Shown: positions 10,555 to 24,177 of the stretch, piece by piece
Layout of the letters: each line of letters opens with the position of its first letter
How positions within the stretch are numbered: the first letter of the stretch is position 1
NCBI GenBank assembly: GCA_036785375.1
Contig: JAWMAR010000508.1
Coordinates: 1,240,001-1,282,661, forward strand
Reading direction: 5' to 3'
Length of the DNA stretch: 42,661 nt
Source: Leucoraja ocellata
Lineage: Eukaryota
Made by a program: the position numbers and the translations under genes
The notes under the pieces: generated by a model
Seen by the model: only the letters and a program-made list of their open reading frames with translations
The model's database searches: none
Told to the model about the DNA's origin: nothing

Positions 10555-13010
10555 AATTCAAACTTTCAAGGTCAGTTTATTGTCTCATGTACCATTTAAG
10601 GTACTGTGAAGTTCGAATAACCAAAAAAAAGCAACAAGAGACACAACTACATAAAAGTCACCATAAACATCCACCACAGTGGACTCCCCACGATCCTCAC
10701 CGGGACTGAAGGCAATAAAGTCCAAACTTCTTCTTCCTCTTTTATTCTCCCATGGTCGGGGCAATCGAACCATCCGCAGTCGGGAGGATTGGAGCTCCCG
10801 CAGCCGGCAGTGGAAGACCCCGTGTCGGGGCGGTGGAAGACCCTGTGTCGGGGCGGTGGAAGACCCCGTGTCGGGGTGATCGAAGACTCTGCGTCGGGGC
10901 AGTGGAAGACCCTGTGTCGGGGTGATCGAAGACTCTGCGTCGGGGCAGTGGAAGACCCTGTGTCGGGGCGGTGGAAGACCCCGTGTCGGGGCGATCGAAG
11001 ACCCCACGTCGGGGCGGTGGAAGACCCCGTGTCGGGGCGATCAAAGACCCCGTGTCGGGGCGGTGGAAGACCCCGTGTCGGGGCGGTGGAAGACCCCACG
11101 TCGGGGCGGTGGAAGACCCCGTGTCGGGGCGGTGGAAGACCCCGTGTCGGGGCGGTGGAAGACCCCGCGTCGGGGCGGTGGAAGACCCCGTGTCGGTGGA
11201 AGACCCCGTGTCGGGGCGGTGGAAGACCCCGTGTCAGGGCGGTGGAAGACCCCGTGTCAGGGCGGTGGAAGACCCCGTGTCGGGGCGGTGGAAGACCCCG
11301 TGTCGGGGCGGTGGAAGACCCCACGTCGGGGCGGTGGAAGACCCCGTGTCAGGGCGGTGGAAGACCCCGTGTCGGGGCGGTGGAAGACCCCACGTCGGGG
11401 CGGTGGAAGACCCCGTGTCGGGGCGGTGGAAGACCCCGTGTCGGGGCGGTGGAAGACCCCACGTCGGGGCGGTGGAAGACCCCGTGTCGGGGCGGTGGAA
11501 GACCCCGTGTCGGGGCGGTGGAAGACCCCGTGTCGGGGTGATCGAAGACCCCGTGTCAGGGCGGTGGAAGACCCCGTGTCGGGGCGGTGGAAGACCCCAC
11601 GTCGGGGCGGTGGAAGACCCCGTGTCGGGGCGGTGGAAGACCCCACGTCGGGGCGGTGGAAGACCCCGTGTCGGGGCGGTGGAAGACCCCGTGTCGGGGC
11701 GGTGGAAGACCCCGTGTCGGGGCGGTGGAAGACCCCGCGTCGGGGCGGTTGGAGACCCCGTGTAGGGGCGGTGGAAGACCCCACGTCGGGGCGGTGGAAG
11801 ACCCCGTGTCGGGGCGGTGGAAGACCCCGTGTCGGGGCGATCGAAGACCCCGTGTCGGGGCGGTGGAAGACCCCGTGTAGGGGCGGTGGAAGACCCCGTG
11901 TAGGGGCGGTGGAAGACCCCGTGTCGGGGCGGTGGAAGACCCCGTGTCGGGGCGGTGGAAGACCCCGTGTCAGGGCGGTGGAAGACCCCGTGTCGGGGCG
12001 GTGGAAGACCCCGTGTCGGGGCGGTGGAAGACCCCACGTCGGGGCGGTGGAAGACCCCGTGTCGGGGCGGTTGGAGACCCCGTGTAGGGGCGGTGGAAGA
12101 CCCCGTGTCGGGGCGGTGGAAGACCCCGCGTCGGGGCGGTGGAAGACCCCGCGTCGGGGCGGTGGAAGACCCCGTGTCGGGGCGGTGGAAGACCCCGTGT
12201 CGGGGCGATCGAAGACCCTGAGTCGGGGCGGTGGAAGACCCCGTGTCGGGGCGGTGGAAGACCCCACGTTGGGGCGATCGAAGCTCCTGCGGCTTGGAGT
12301 TTCCCGAAGTCGGTCTCTAACCAGCGACCACAAGCTCCACGATGTTAAAGTCCACAGGCACCCATGGGTGGATCCCCAAACTTGACCCCGACAGGGATCG
12401 TAAGCTGCAGGAAGATTGTTCCCGATGTTAGGGAAGTCCAGGACAAGGGGTCACAGCTTAAGGATAAGGGGGAAATCCTTTAAAACCGAGATGAGGAGAA
12501 CTTTTTTCACACAGAGAGTGGTGAATCTCTGGAACTCTCTGCCACAGCGGGTAGTTGAGGCCAGTTCATTGGCTATATTTAAGAGGGAGTTAGATGTGGC
12601 CCTTATGGCCAAGGGGATCAGAGGGTATGGAGAAAAGGCAGGTACGGGATACTGAGTTGGATGATCAGCCATGATCATATTAAATGGCGGTGCAGGCTCG
12701 AAGGGCCGAATGGCCTACTCCTGCACCTAATTTCTATGTTTCTATGTTTCTATGTCATGGTAAGTCCTGCAGGCACCCGGGGTACAGCTCTCGAAGTCGG
12801 TCTCATGCAAATGCCACCAACTCCTCGATGTTAGACCGCAGTGCGGACGGAAATACGATACGGAAGAAAATCGCATCTCCGTTGAGGTAAGTGATTACAA
12901 AAAGTTTCCCTCAACTCTCCCGCCCACTCCCTACATAAAACAAGCTAAAGAACACTAAAAACATACATTTAACACACACAAACAGACAACAAAACAGGAA
13001 GGGACAGACA
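10555..13010 (-). mobile_element. GC-rich non-coding retroposon hosting the 21-bp array and a CR1-A insertion (12405-12755)
   Basis: Rex-like 3' tail (..GACAATAAAC..) at ~10560-10600, and a T-rich/G-rich 5' head with hairpin at 12847-12882. Confidence 0.55.
10808..12283. repeat. 21-bp GC-rich minisatellite (GCGGTGGAAGACCCCGTGTCGGG-type unit), ~70 copies
   Basis: Highly homogeneous tandem array with a few variant units (GATCGAAGAC, CCCACG, TCAGGG). Confidence 0.97.
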
Positions 13011-13296
13011 TAGGAAGCCATTGCTAAGTGGTGGTTAAGGCAGTGGATATTTTTAAGGCTGAGATAGAAAGATTATGAATTAGTACAGATGTTAGGGGTT
13101 ATGGGGAGAAGGCAGGAGAATGGGGTTAAGAGGGATTAATAGATCAGCCATGATTGAATGGGGGAGTAGACTTGATGGGCCAAATGGCCTAATTCTACTA
13201 TCACTTATGAACTCCTGAGCAATCTAGTTGCCTTCTTTTGGTTTTTAAAAGGTTCCCAATCGTTAGACCTCCTGCTAATCTTTGCCAAGTTACATG

Positions 13297-13567
13297 ATGG
13301 CGCATGGTGGTGCAGCGGTAGAGACCCGACTTTGATCCTGACTACAGGTGCTGTCTGTACGGAGTTTGCACGTTCTCTCTGTGATCTGCGTGGATTTTCT
13401 CCGGGGTATCTGGCTTCCTACCACGCTCCAAAGATGTATGGGTTTGTAGGTTAATTAGACTTCGGTGAAACAAAAATTATTTGTCCGAAGTGTGTGTGTG
13501 TAGGATATCGTTGGTCACTGGTCAGCATGGGCCGAAGGGCCTGTTTCTGCACAGTATCACTAAACTA
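13297..13567 (+). mobile_element. HE1-like tRNA-derived SINE (degenerate)
   Basis: A-box-like TGGTGCAGCGGTAGAG, V-domain-like core GTCTGTACGGAGTTTGCACGTTCT, CR1-like tail GGGCCGAAGGGCCTGTTTC. Confidence 0.75.
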
Positions 13568-13579
13568 TTAATTACGCAA

Positions 13580-14472
13580 ACAATAATTAAGTTTGTTGAT
13601 GACACTGTGGTGGTGGGCCTGATCTCAGACAATGACGAGAAGGCCTACCGGGAGGAGGTGGCTGATCTAGCACTGGTGCCAGGATAACAGCCTCCTCTTG
13701 AACATCAAAAAAACGAAGGAGCTGATCATGGACTTTAGGAGGGCACATCATCCGAGGACGTACACTCCATTGAGTATAAATGGGGATCCTGTGGATAGGG
13801 TGAACTGTTTTAAATATCTGGGAGTCCACATCTCCGAGGATATGACATGGGCATCACACGCCTCAGCACTGGTGAGTAAGGCAAGGCAGCGCCTTTACCA
13901 CCTCAGGCAATTGAGGAAATTCAGAGTGTCTCCGAGGATCCTCCAGTGCTTCTACGCAGCGGCGGTGGAAAGCATCTTGTCCGGGAATATTACCATCTGG
14001 TTCGGGAATTGCTCTGCCAAGGACAAGAAGGCTCTGCAGAGAGTAGTGCGTTCGGCCGAACAAACGCACTATGGGAACTTCACTCACCCCCGTGCAGGAA
14101 CTATACAACAGGAGGTGCAACTCCAGAGCAAACAAAATCATGAGAGACCTCTTCCACCCCTGCAACAGACTGTTCCAGCCGCTACGGTCAGGCAAACGCC
14201 TCCGTTGCCATGCAGTGAGAACGGAGAGGTTGAGAAGGAGTTTCTTCCCAGAGGCAATTCGGACTGTAAACGCCTTTCTCACCAGGGACTAACTGTACAG
14301 AACGTTTTTCCTTCTATTATTTATTATGTAAAATAATATGTGTGTTATGATTGTGTTTATAATTTGTTTGGTTGTTTTGTTGTTCTGCGAGCATTGCCAC
14401 TTTCATTTCACTGCGCATCTCGTATGTGTATGTGACAAATAAACTTGACTTGACTTGACTTGACTTGACTTG
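13580..14472 (+). mobile_element. Rex1/Babar-type LINE, (CTTGA)n tail
   Basis: KFVDDTVVVGLISDNDE, KTKELIMDFR, FKYLGVHI motifs; frameshifted. Confidence 0.9.
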
Positions 14473-14804
14473 AACTAAACACAGAACTTGTTTGTGAACG
14501 GGTGATCGATTGTCGGTGTGGACTCGATGGGCTGAAGGGCCTGTTTCCGCGCTGTGTCTCTAAACTAGAAAACTAAATTCAACTGACATGAACGGCTATT
14601 GTTCTGCCATGTGGCTACCTCCCACAAGGTGCCTGGTTCATGAATTCGGCAAGGTATCTGAGGAACAGCTTAGGGTTGGTTCTAAGCTGATCATTGCTAA
14701 AGTTGAAGTAAGAGGCTATTCATACAGAGGTTGATGAGGGGTTGTGTGGATATGTGGAACAAGCTGCCGAAGGAAGTAGTTGAGGCAAGTACAATAACAA
14801 CAAA

Positions 14805-17585
14805 ATAACTGTGGACTTCAGGAAGAAACAGACAACACACACCCTACTCACCATCAATGGCAGTGCAGTGGAGTCTGTGAAAAGCACCAAGTTCCTGNNN
14901 NNNNNNNNNNNNNNNNNNNNNNNNNNNNNNNNNNNNNNNNNNNNNNNNNNNNNNNNNNNNNNNNNNNNNNNNNNNNNNNNNNNNNNNNNNNNNNNNNNNN
15001 NNNNNNNNNNNNNNNNNNNNNNNNNNNNNNTTATAGTCAATTTTCATTGACCCCAAAGTGCTTTACATAATTTAAAAATCAGTTCCATACAAAGCATAAA
15101 GATGGGTTAACAAAATAATAAAATGCATAAACAGGACACAACATGTACATGGCACTAAGCTGGGGGGCAGTGTTAGCTGTGAGGAGGATGCTAGGAGACT
15201 GCAAGGTGACTTGGATAGGCTGGGTGAGTGGGCAAATGTTTGGCAGATGCAGTATAATGTGGATAAATGTGAGGTTATCCATTTTGGTGGCAAAAACAGG
15301 AAAGCAGACTATTATCTAAATGGTGGCCGATTGGGAAAGGGGGAGATGCAGCGAGACCTGGGTGTCATGGTACACCAGTCATTGAAGGTAGGCATGCAGG
15401 TGCAGCAGGCAGTAAAGAAAGCGAATGGTATGTTAGCTTTCATTGCAAAAGGATTTGAGTATAGGAGCAGAGAGGTTCTACTGCAGTTGTACAGGGTCTT
15501 GGTGAGACCACACCTGGAGTATTGCGTACAGTTTTGGTCTCCAAATCTGAGGAAGGACATTATTGCCATAGAGGGAGTGCAGAGACGGTTCACCAGACTG
15601 ATTCCTGGGATGTCAGGACTGTCTTATGAAGAAAGACTGGATAGACTTGGTTTATACTCTCTAGAATTTAGAAGATTGAGAGGGGATCTTATAGAAACTT
15701 ACAAAATTCATAAGGGGTTGGACAGGCTAGATGCAGGAAGATTGTTCCCGATGTTAGGGAAGTCCAGGACAAGGGGTCACAGCTTAAGGATAAGGGGGAA
15801 ATCCTTTAAAACCGAGATGAGAAGAACTTTTTTCACACAGAGAGTGGTGAATCTCTGGAACTCTCTGCCACAGAGGGTAGTTGAGGCCACAGTTCATTGG
15901 CTATATTTAAGAGGGAGTTAGATGTGGTCCTTGTGGCTAAGGGGATCAGGGGGTATGGAGAGAAGGCAGGTACGGGATACTGAGTTGGATGATCAGCCAT
16001 GATCATATTGAATGGCGGTGCAGGCTCGAAGGGCCGAATGGCCTCTACTCCTGCACCTAATTTCTATGTTTCTATGTTTCTATCACTATGGTGGAAGGCA
16101 CAAAAATTTTTGGCCGTACTCCTCCATTCCCCCCCCTAGTGGACCGGACCAGAGTCCAGAGTCCAGTCCAGGATCGGTCTTTCCTCACCGGAGACCGCGG
16201 CTTCAAGATTGTGTAGGCCGCAGGCCGGCGGTTGAGATTTAAAGTCCCCGCCGCAGCCAGAAGCACCGTAGACTGCAGGGCCGGCGGTCGAAGCTCCCCT
16301 CCAGGGGTGTTGGTAAGTCCATGCCGGGCCCGCGGTAGAAGTTATCCGCGGGCCGGCAATGGCGGCTTCTTCTTCCCCCGGGTCCCCCACGAGGGATCCC
16401 GGGCTGTAGACGCCGCACCAGCTGGAACTCTGCAGACCGCGCGCGGCTTCAGGCTGCGGCTTCAGGCTGCCGGCTGCCCCGGTCCAGTGAAACGGAGCGC
16501 TCCCCTCCGGCGAGCCCAGCGAGGGCTCACCCGCTCCACGCCAAGTCCACGCTGCGCCTGCCGCTGAAGCCCCGGGCACGTCTCCGGGAAAGACCTCGCC
16601 GATCCTTGATGTTAGGCCACGGGGGAGGCGACCTGGAAAAAGTCGCCTCTCCATGGAGGAGGCGACCGAAGCGGTTTCCCCCTACACCACCCACACCACC
16701 CCCCACACAAAACTCAAAAACCCCCACTAAATACACACTTTAAAACATACTAAAAATAAAAAATAAAATCGAAAGGCTGACGCGCTGCTGCCATGGCTGC
16801 CGCCAGAACAGCGCCCCAGATGATCAGACATAGTCCACCAACACCATCTCCCTAGTCAAGAAGGCACAGCAACGCCTCCACTTCCTTCGACGGATGAGGA
16901 GAGCTGACCTCCCCCCTTCTGCCCTCACGATTTTTTACAGGGGTGCCATTGAGAGCATTCTTACCAGCAGTCTCTCAGTCTGGTATAGCAGTTGCTCTGC
17001 TGCTGACCAGAAGGCACTACAGAGAGTGGTGAGGACAGCGGAGAAGGTCACCAGATCACCCCAACCAGCAATCCAGGACCTATACCCATCTCGCTGTCGC
17101 AAGAGAGCAAGCAATATCATCAAAGACACCACCCACCCAGCACACAAACTGTTCACCCTCCTACCTTCCGGTAAGCGCTACCGCAGCATGCAGAGCAAAA
17201 CCACCAGATTCAAAAACAGCTTTTTCCCTCAGGCCATCAGACTACTCAACACACTTAAGAAAATTCCATGAACAGTACCCAAACAAAGACAACAAACTGT
17301 GAAAATAACTTTGGCTCAATGTCTCCAGTACGAAATTTGCGCTTTTTCTAAATTGCACCTTTCATTGCTGCACCCTGTTTAAAATACCTCAAAGGTTTTG
17401 CGACATTTTGGCATACTGTGAATATTTTAATATTTCAAATAATGTATGTCTATTGTCTCCTTTTATTGATATGTTGTCTGTCTGTGTTTTTAATATTACT
17501 TGCACATTTGGAGTATGGGGAAACGTAATTCCGATCCTCTGTGTAACGACTGTTGCATAATTGAATTGACAATAAAGTTTACTTT
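14805..17585 (+). mobile_element. Rex1/Babar LINE split by the gap, a CR1-A copy (15150-16083) and a GC-rich element (16090-16820)
   Basis: DFRK..INGSAVESVKSTKFL before the gap continues as ..LVKKAQQRLHFLRR.. at ~16830-17271. Confidence 0.7.
14898..15030. other. Assembly gap (133 N)
   Basis: Run of n characters. Confidence 1.
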
Positions 17586-17796
17586 AGTAACATATAATTT
17601 AGTTCAGTTCAGTTTAGAGATACAGAGTGAATACAGGCCTTTGGCCCATCGATCCACGCTGACTATCGATCACCCGTTCACACACTAGTTCTCTCTTTAG
17701 TCAGTGGGTGGTGAATCTGTGGAATTCTTTGCCATAGCAGGCTGTGGAGAGCAAGTCAGTGGATATTTTTAAGGCTGAGATAGATAGATTGTTGAT

Positions 17797-20700
17797 TAGA
17801 AACATAGAAACATAGAAATTAGGTGCAGGAGTAGGCCATTCGGCCCTTCGAGCCTGCACCATTCGCCATTCAATATGATCATGGCTGATCATCCAACTCA
17901 GTATCCCGTACCTGCCTTCTCTCCATACCCTCTGATCCCCTTAGCCACAAGGGCCACATCTAACTCCCTCTTAAATATAGCCAATGAACTGTGTGGCCTC
18001 AACTACCCTCTGTGGCAGAGAGTTCCAGAGATTCACCACTCTCTGTGTGAAAAAAGTTCTTCTCATCTCGGTTTTAAAGGATTTCCCCCTTATCCTTATG
18101 CTGTGACCCCTTGTCCTGGACTTCCCCAACATCGGGAACAATCTTCCTGCATCTAGCCTGTCCAACCCCTTAAGAATTTTGTAAGTTTCCATAAGATCCC
18201 CTCTCAGTCTCCTAAATTGTAGAGAGTATAAACCAAGTCTATCCAGTCTTTCTTCATAAGACAGTCCTGACATCCCAGGAATCAGTCTGGTGAACCTTCT
18301 CTGCACTCCCTCGATGGCAATAATGTCCTTCCTCAGATTTGGAGACCTAAACTGTACGCAATACTCCAGGTGTGGTCTCACCAAGACCCTGTACAACTGC
18401 AGTAGAACTTCCCTGCTCCTATACTCAAATCCTTTTGCTATGAAAGCTAACATACCATTCGCTTTCTTTACTGCCTGCTGCACCTGCATGCCTACTTTCC
18501 TAAATTCTAGAGAGTATAAACCAGAGTTTAGGAGATTGAGAGGGGATCTTCAGATTCAGATTCAATTTTAATTGTCATTGTCAGTGTACAGTACAGAGAC
18601 AACAAAATGATCTTATAGATTAGAATAGATTATAGATAAGCTTTTCCCACTGAGAGTAGGGAAGATTCAAACAAGGGGACATGACTTGAGAATTAAGGGA
18701 CTGAAGTTTAGGGGGTAACATGAGGGGGAACTTCTTTACTCAGAGAGTGGTAGCTGTGTGGAATGAGCTTCCAGTGAAGGTGGTGGAGGCAGGTTCGTTT
18801 TTATCATTTAAAAATAAATTGGTTAGTTATATGGATGGGAAGGGAATGGAGGGGTTATGGTCTGAGCGCAGGTATATGGGACTAGGGGAGATTATGTGTA
18901 CGGCAACGGAACTACAAGGGTCGAGATGGCCTGTTTCTTGGTTTATACTCTCTAGAATTTAGGAGATTGAGAGGGGATCTTATAGAAACTTACAAAATTC
19001 TTAAGGGGTTGGACAGGCTAGATGCAGGAAGATTGTTCCCGATGTTGGGGAAGTCCAGGACAAGGGGTCACAGCTTAAGGATAAGGGGGAAATCCTTTAA
19101 AACTGAGATGAGGAGAACTTTTTTCACACAGAGAGTGGTGAATCTCTGGAACTCTCTGCCACAGAGGGTAGTTGAGGCCAGTTCATTGGCTATATTTAAG
19201 AGGGAGTTAGATGTGGCCCTTGTGGCTAAGGGGATCAGAGGGTATGGAGAGAAGGCAGGTACGGGATACTGAGTTGGATGATCAGCCATGATCATATTGA
19301 ATGGCGGTGCAGGCTCGAAGGGCCGAATGGCCTACTCCTGCACCTAATTTCTATGTTTCTATGTTTCTATGTTTCCGTGCTGTAATTGTTATATGGTTAT
19401 TTGTGCGGGTGTCAGGGGTTATGGGGAGAAGGCAGGAGAATGGGGTTAGGAGGGAGAGATAGATCAGCCATGATTGAATGGCGGAGTAGACTTGATGGGT
19501 CAAAATATCCTAATTCTGCTACTATCACATGACTGTAAATATCACCAACAACATACCCTGCATCAACTACATTGAAGCTGTGGTCAATAAGGCAGAGTAA
19601 TGTCTCATCTTCCTCAAAAGATGAAGGAAGTTCGGCACTTCCCCATTGACTCACACCAACCTCTCCACATGAATTGTGAAAGAACTGGGTTAAGTTACAT
19701 CACATCCTGGTTTGGGACCAGCTCCGCTCAAGACCACAAGAAATTGCTGAGAGCTTAGTTTAGTTTAGTTTAGTTCAGAGATGCAGCGCTGACACAGGCC
19801 CCTCGGCCCCACCGAGTCCATGCCGGCCACCAATCACCCATTCACATACTAGTTATACGTTTAGCTCTTGAGATACAATACAGAAACAGGACCTTCAGCC
19901 CATCGAGTCCTTGCTGACCAATAATCACCCATTCACACACTATTTCTGTCTTTAGTTCTTGGGAAAGGGGGAGATGCAGCTAGACCTGGGTGTCATGGTA
20001 CACCAGTCATTGAAGGTAGGCATGCAGGTGCAGCAGGCAGTGAAGAAAGTGAATGGTATGTTAGCTTTCATAGCAAAAGGATTTGAGTCTAGGAGCAGGG
20101 AGGTTCTACTGCAGTTGTACAGGGTCTTGGTGAGACCACACCTGGAGTATTGCGTACAGTTTTGGCCTGTTGGCCTTCATAACAAGAGGAGTTGAGTACA
20201 GGAGCAGGGAGGTTCTACTGCTGTTGTACAGGGTCTTGGTGAGACCACACCTGGAGTATTGCGTACAGTTTTGGCCTGTTGGCCTTCATAACAAGAGGAG
20301 TTGAGTACAGGAGCAGGGAGGTTCTACTGCAGTTGTACAGGGTCTTGGTGAGACCACACCTGGAGTATTGCGTACATTTTTGGCCTGTTGGCCTTCATAA
20401 CAAGAGGAGTTGAGAACAGGAGCAGGGAGGTTCTACTGCAGTTGTACAGGGTCTTGGTGAGACCACACCTGGAGTATTGCGTACAGTTTTGGTCTCCAAA
20501 TCTGAGGAAGGACATTATTGCCATAGAGGGAGTGCAGAGAAGGTTCACCAGACTGATTCCTGGGATGTCAGGACTGTCTTATGAAGAAAGACTGGATAGA
20601 CTTGGTTTATACTCTCTAGAATTTATCTCGAAGGGCCGAATGGCCTCTACTCCTGCACCTAATTTCTATATTTCTATGTTGAGGTACAATACAGAAACAG

Positions 20701-20945
20701 GAAATATAAACATAGAAAATAGGTGCAGGAGTAGAGTCCATTCGGCCCTTCGAGCCTGCACCATTCGCCATTCAATATCATCATGGCTGATCATCCAACT
20801 CAGTATCCTGTACCTGCCTTCTCTCCATATCCCCTGATCCCTTTAGATACAAGGGCCACATCTAACTCCATCTTAAGTACAGCCAATGAACTGTGGCCTC
20901 AACTACCTTCTGTGGCAGAGAATTTCAGAGATTCACCACTCTCTG
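17797..20945. mobile_element. Cluster of CR1-A/CR1-B fragments and SINE tails in both orientations
   Basis: ORFs 17971-18489, 18720-18962, 18967-19272, 19959-20195 and 20388-20837 all match the CR1 RT C-terminus. Confidence 0.85.
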
Positions 20946-20959
20946 CATGTAATCTGAGT

Positions 20960-21600
20960 GTTCGTTCCTTTGCTTGCTGTAAGTTCTGGTAATGCAAAGG
21001 CCCATACTGCTGGGAATGCAGCTACTGTTTGCAAATTACACTAGCTGTTTGCCTGATAGATGGCTAGAATTTGACTATCAGGTCATAGCAGGCTTAATTA
21101 AATATTGTTGTTTGCCCCTAGGCAAAGTCACCAACATATTTACTGTTTTTGATAGTAAATTCTAGGTAATCAATTACCCTTGTAGGTGTCAATTTTGATT
21201 TAACTGGATGGGTGAGGTAACCAAGTCTTTCAAACAGGGTTTTGGTTTGCTTCTGCCAATTCTTGGTGACTCCAAAATGAAAATGTCCTCCAAATATGCC
21301 ATTACTATGTGGTTCTGAGACCTTTGTAGGCCCAGAATTGCTTTCCGTAGTTTTGTCAATAGTCAATAGTCTAGGAGCTGATGTCAACCCATTGGGCAGA
21401 GCCATGCCATCCAGTTAAACTTCAAATATCTCCTGTTCTTAGTGAATAGACACCGAATAGTATGCATCTTTGAGGTCGATGCATGCCATGTGTCCATTTT
21501 ATAGGAAGCTCCTATAGAACAGTAGTTAGACCGTAACAAAAAATTGCTGTTCTGAAAGTCTGTACTGCACAAATGAGTTAAACCTGGATGAAGGTATTCC
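20960..21600 (-). mobile_element. Degenerate DIRS-type retrotransposon RT fragment (may continue at 22390-22890)
   Basis: Minus strand HMACIDLKDAYYSVSIH, RRYLKFNW, ALPNGLTSAPRL and KSKLTPT..IDYL motifs. Confidence 0.75.
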
Positions 21601-21607
21601 CTACTAT

Positions 21608-22380
21608 TTACATGGTTACATGGTAAATGGTAGGGAATTACATGGTAAATGGTAGGGAATTGAAGAATACGGTTGAACAGAGGGATCTGGGTATAACCGT
21701 GCATAGTTCCTTGAAGGTGGAATCTCATATAGATAGGGTGGTAAAGAAAGCTTTTGGTATGCTAGCCTTTATAAATCAGAGCATTGAGTATAGAAGCTGG
21801 GATGTAATGTTAAAATTGTACAAGGCATTGGTGAGACCAAATCTGGAGTATGGTGTACAATTTTGGTCGCCCAATTATAGGAAGGATGTCAACAAAATAG
21901 AGAGAGTACAGAGGAGATTTACTAGAATGTTGCCTGGGTTTCAACAACTAAGTTACAGAGATAGGTTGAATAAGTTAGGTCTTTATTCTCTGGAGCGCAG
22001 AAGGTTAAGGGGGGACCTGATAGAGGTCTTTAAAATGATGAGAGGGATAGACAGAGTTGATGTGGACAAGCTTTTCCCTTTGAGAATAGGGAAGATTCAA
22101 ACAAGAGGACATGACTTCAGAATTAAGGGACAGAAGTTTAGGGGTAATATGAGGGGGAACTTCTTTACTCAGAGAGTGGTAGCGGTGTGGAATGAGCTTC
22201 CAGTGGAAGTGGTGGAGGCAGGTTCATTGGTATCATTTAAAAATAAATGGATAGGCATATGGATGAGAAGGGAATGGAGGGTTATGGTATGAGTGTAGGC
22301 AGGTGGGACTAAGGGGAAAAAAAAAGTTGTTCGGCACGGACTTGTAGGGCCGTGCTGTAATTGTTATATGGTTATATGGC
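21608..22380 (+). mobile_element. CR1 family B copy
   Basis: ORF 21627-22292. Confidence 0.92.
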
Positions 22381-22890
22381 TATAAGTGACATCATCCATC
22401 TGTCACCTTTCCCTTAAAGACAAACCTGCCCAAAATACTGGTCCTGCCTTGAAGACAATTCCAGTCCGAGTTCCAAGTCTGCTTGGAACCTCTGTATGTT
22501 GTGCAGTAAAAATAATCACATGTTGTTATCTGTTTTTTAAAACCAGATCTGAAATTCATGTTATTGTCATTTTGAACAAAAACACAAGAGTAAAAATTAC
22601 CAACATGTAACTGGTCCACAATCCCTTGTTTCAGTAAACCCAGACCCACCTACCTCCATGGCTACCGGTGGTATTGTGGTAATCCCAAAGGCCCCTAATG
22701 CGAGTTCCTTTTCACTCCTTGATTGGGGAGTAGGACTGGTAGGGAGTGTGGATTCCATGTTTCTCCTAACCTCTGCTTATGTCTTGGTCTGAAAACCTCA
22801 TCATACTGAGCCTGCCTTGTCGGACAATTCTGGCCATAATTCTGAGTCTGCCTTGAAAGACGACTCTGATCATATTTCCGTGCCCAGCTT

Positions 22891-23865
22891 TCAAGTCAAG
22901 TCAAGTCAAGTCAAGTTTCTTTGTCACATACACATACGAGATGTGCAGTGAAATGAAAGTGGCAATGCTCGCAGACTTTTGTGCAAAAGCCAAACAACAA
23001 AACAACCAAACAAATTATAAACACAATCATAACACACATATTCTGTCCAAAGCAAGCGCTGTCTGCGGAGGGCGCTCAGCATCGCCAAGGACTGCTCTCA
23101 CCCCAACCATGGACTGTTTACCCTCCTACCATCCGGGAGGCGCTACAGGTCTCTCCGTTGCCGAACCAGCAGGTCGAGGAACAGCTTCTTTCCGGCGGCT
23201 GTCACTCTACTCAACAACGTACCTCGGTGACTGCCAATCACCACCCCCCCCCCCCCCCCGGACACTTATTATTATTTATTCAAATCGTTTGCTATGTCGC
23301 TCTTCCAGGGAGATGCTAAATGCATTTCGTTGTCTCTGTACTGTACACTGACAATGACAATTAAAATTGAATCTGAATCTGAATCTGAATCTGAATCGGT
23401 ATTCTTTTACATAATAAATAGTGGAAGGAAAAACGTTCAGTAGAGTTAGTCCCTGGTGAGATAGGCGTTTACAGTCCGAATTGCCTCTGGGAAGAAACTC
23501 CTTCTCAACCTCTCCGTTCTCACCGCATGGCAACGGAGGCGTTTGCCTGACCGTAGCAGCTGGAACAGTCCGTTGCAGGGGTGGAAGGGGTCTCCCATGA
23601 TCTTATTTGCTCTGGAGTTGCACCTCCAGTTGTATAGTTCCTGCAGGGGGGCGAGTGAAGTTCCCATAGTGCGTTCGGCCGAACGCACTACTCTCTGCAG
23701 AGCCTTCTTGTCCTTGGCAGAGCAATTCCCAAACCAGATGGTAATGTTCCCGGACAAGATGCTTTCCACCGCCGCTGCGTAGAAGCACTGGAGGATCCTC
23801 GGAGACACTCTGAATTTCCTCAATTGCCTGAGGTGGTAAAGGCGCTGCCTTGCCTTACTCACCAG
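22891..23865 (-). mobile_element. Rex/Babar copy interrupted by a second Rex-family fragment (23045-23397, +) with TSD TATTCT
   Basis: Near-identical to 13870-14472. The insert has an (ATCTGA)n tail, with TATTCT on both sides. Confidence 0.85.
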
Positions 23866-23899
23866 CTTCAGTGAACTGCTTACCCCCTATAGAGGTGTG

Positions 23900-24074
23900 T
23901 TGTTGTAAAAAAATTTGAAAACCATGTATCATTTTCCTTCCACTTCACAATTATGCACCACTTTGTGTTGGTCTATCACATAAAATCCCAATAAAATACA
24001 TTTACGTTTGTGGTTGCAACATGACAAAATGTGGAAAAGTTCAAGGGATATGAATACTTTTGCAACCCACTGTA
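23900..24074. mobile_element. Tc1/mariner terminal inverted repeat fragment
   Basis: Ends TGAATACTTTTGCAACCCACTG-TA, the reverse complement of the Tc1-type TA-CAGTG..AAAAGTATTCA terminus. Confidence 0.7.
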
Positions 24075-24177
24075 AATCTAACTCTCTTTTGAAAACACCC
24101 AGTGAATTGGCCTCCACTGCATTCTGTGGCAGAGAATTCCATAGATTCACAACTCTGTGTGAAAAAGTGTTTCCTCA

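Noticed and set aside
10585-12385. Long Arg/Gly/Pro-rich ORFs (up to 487 aa) and a CRISPR-like appearance
   Set aside because: These are by-products of a stop-free 21-bp tandem repeat. There are no unique spacers and no cas genes, and the context is vertebrate.
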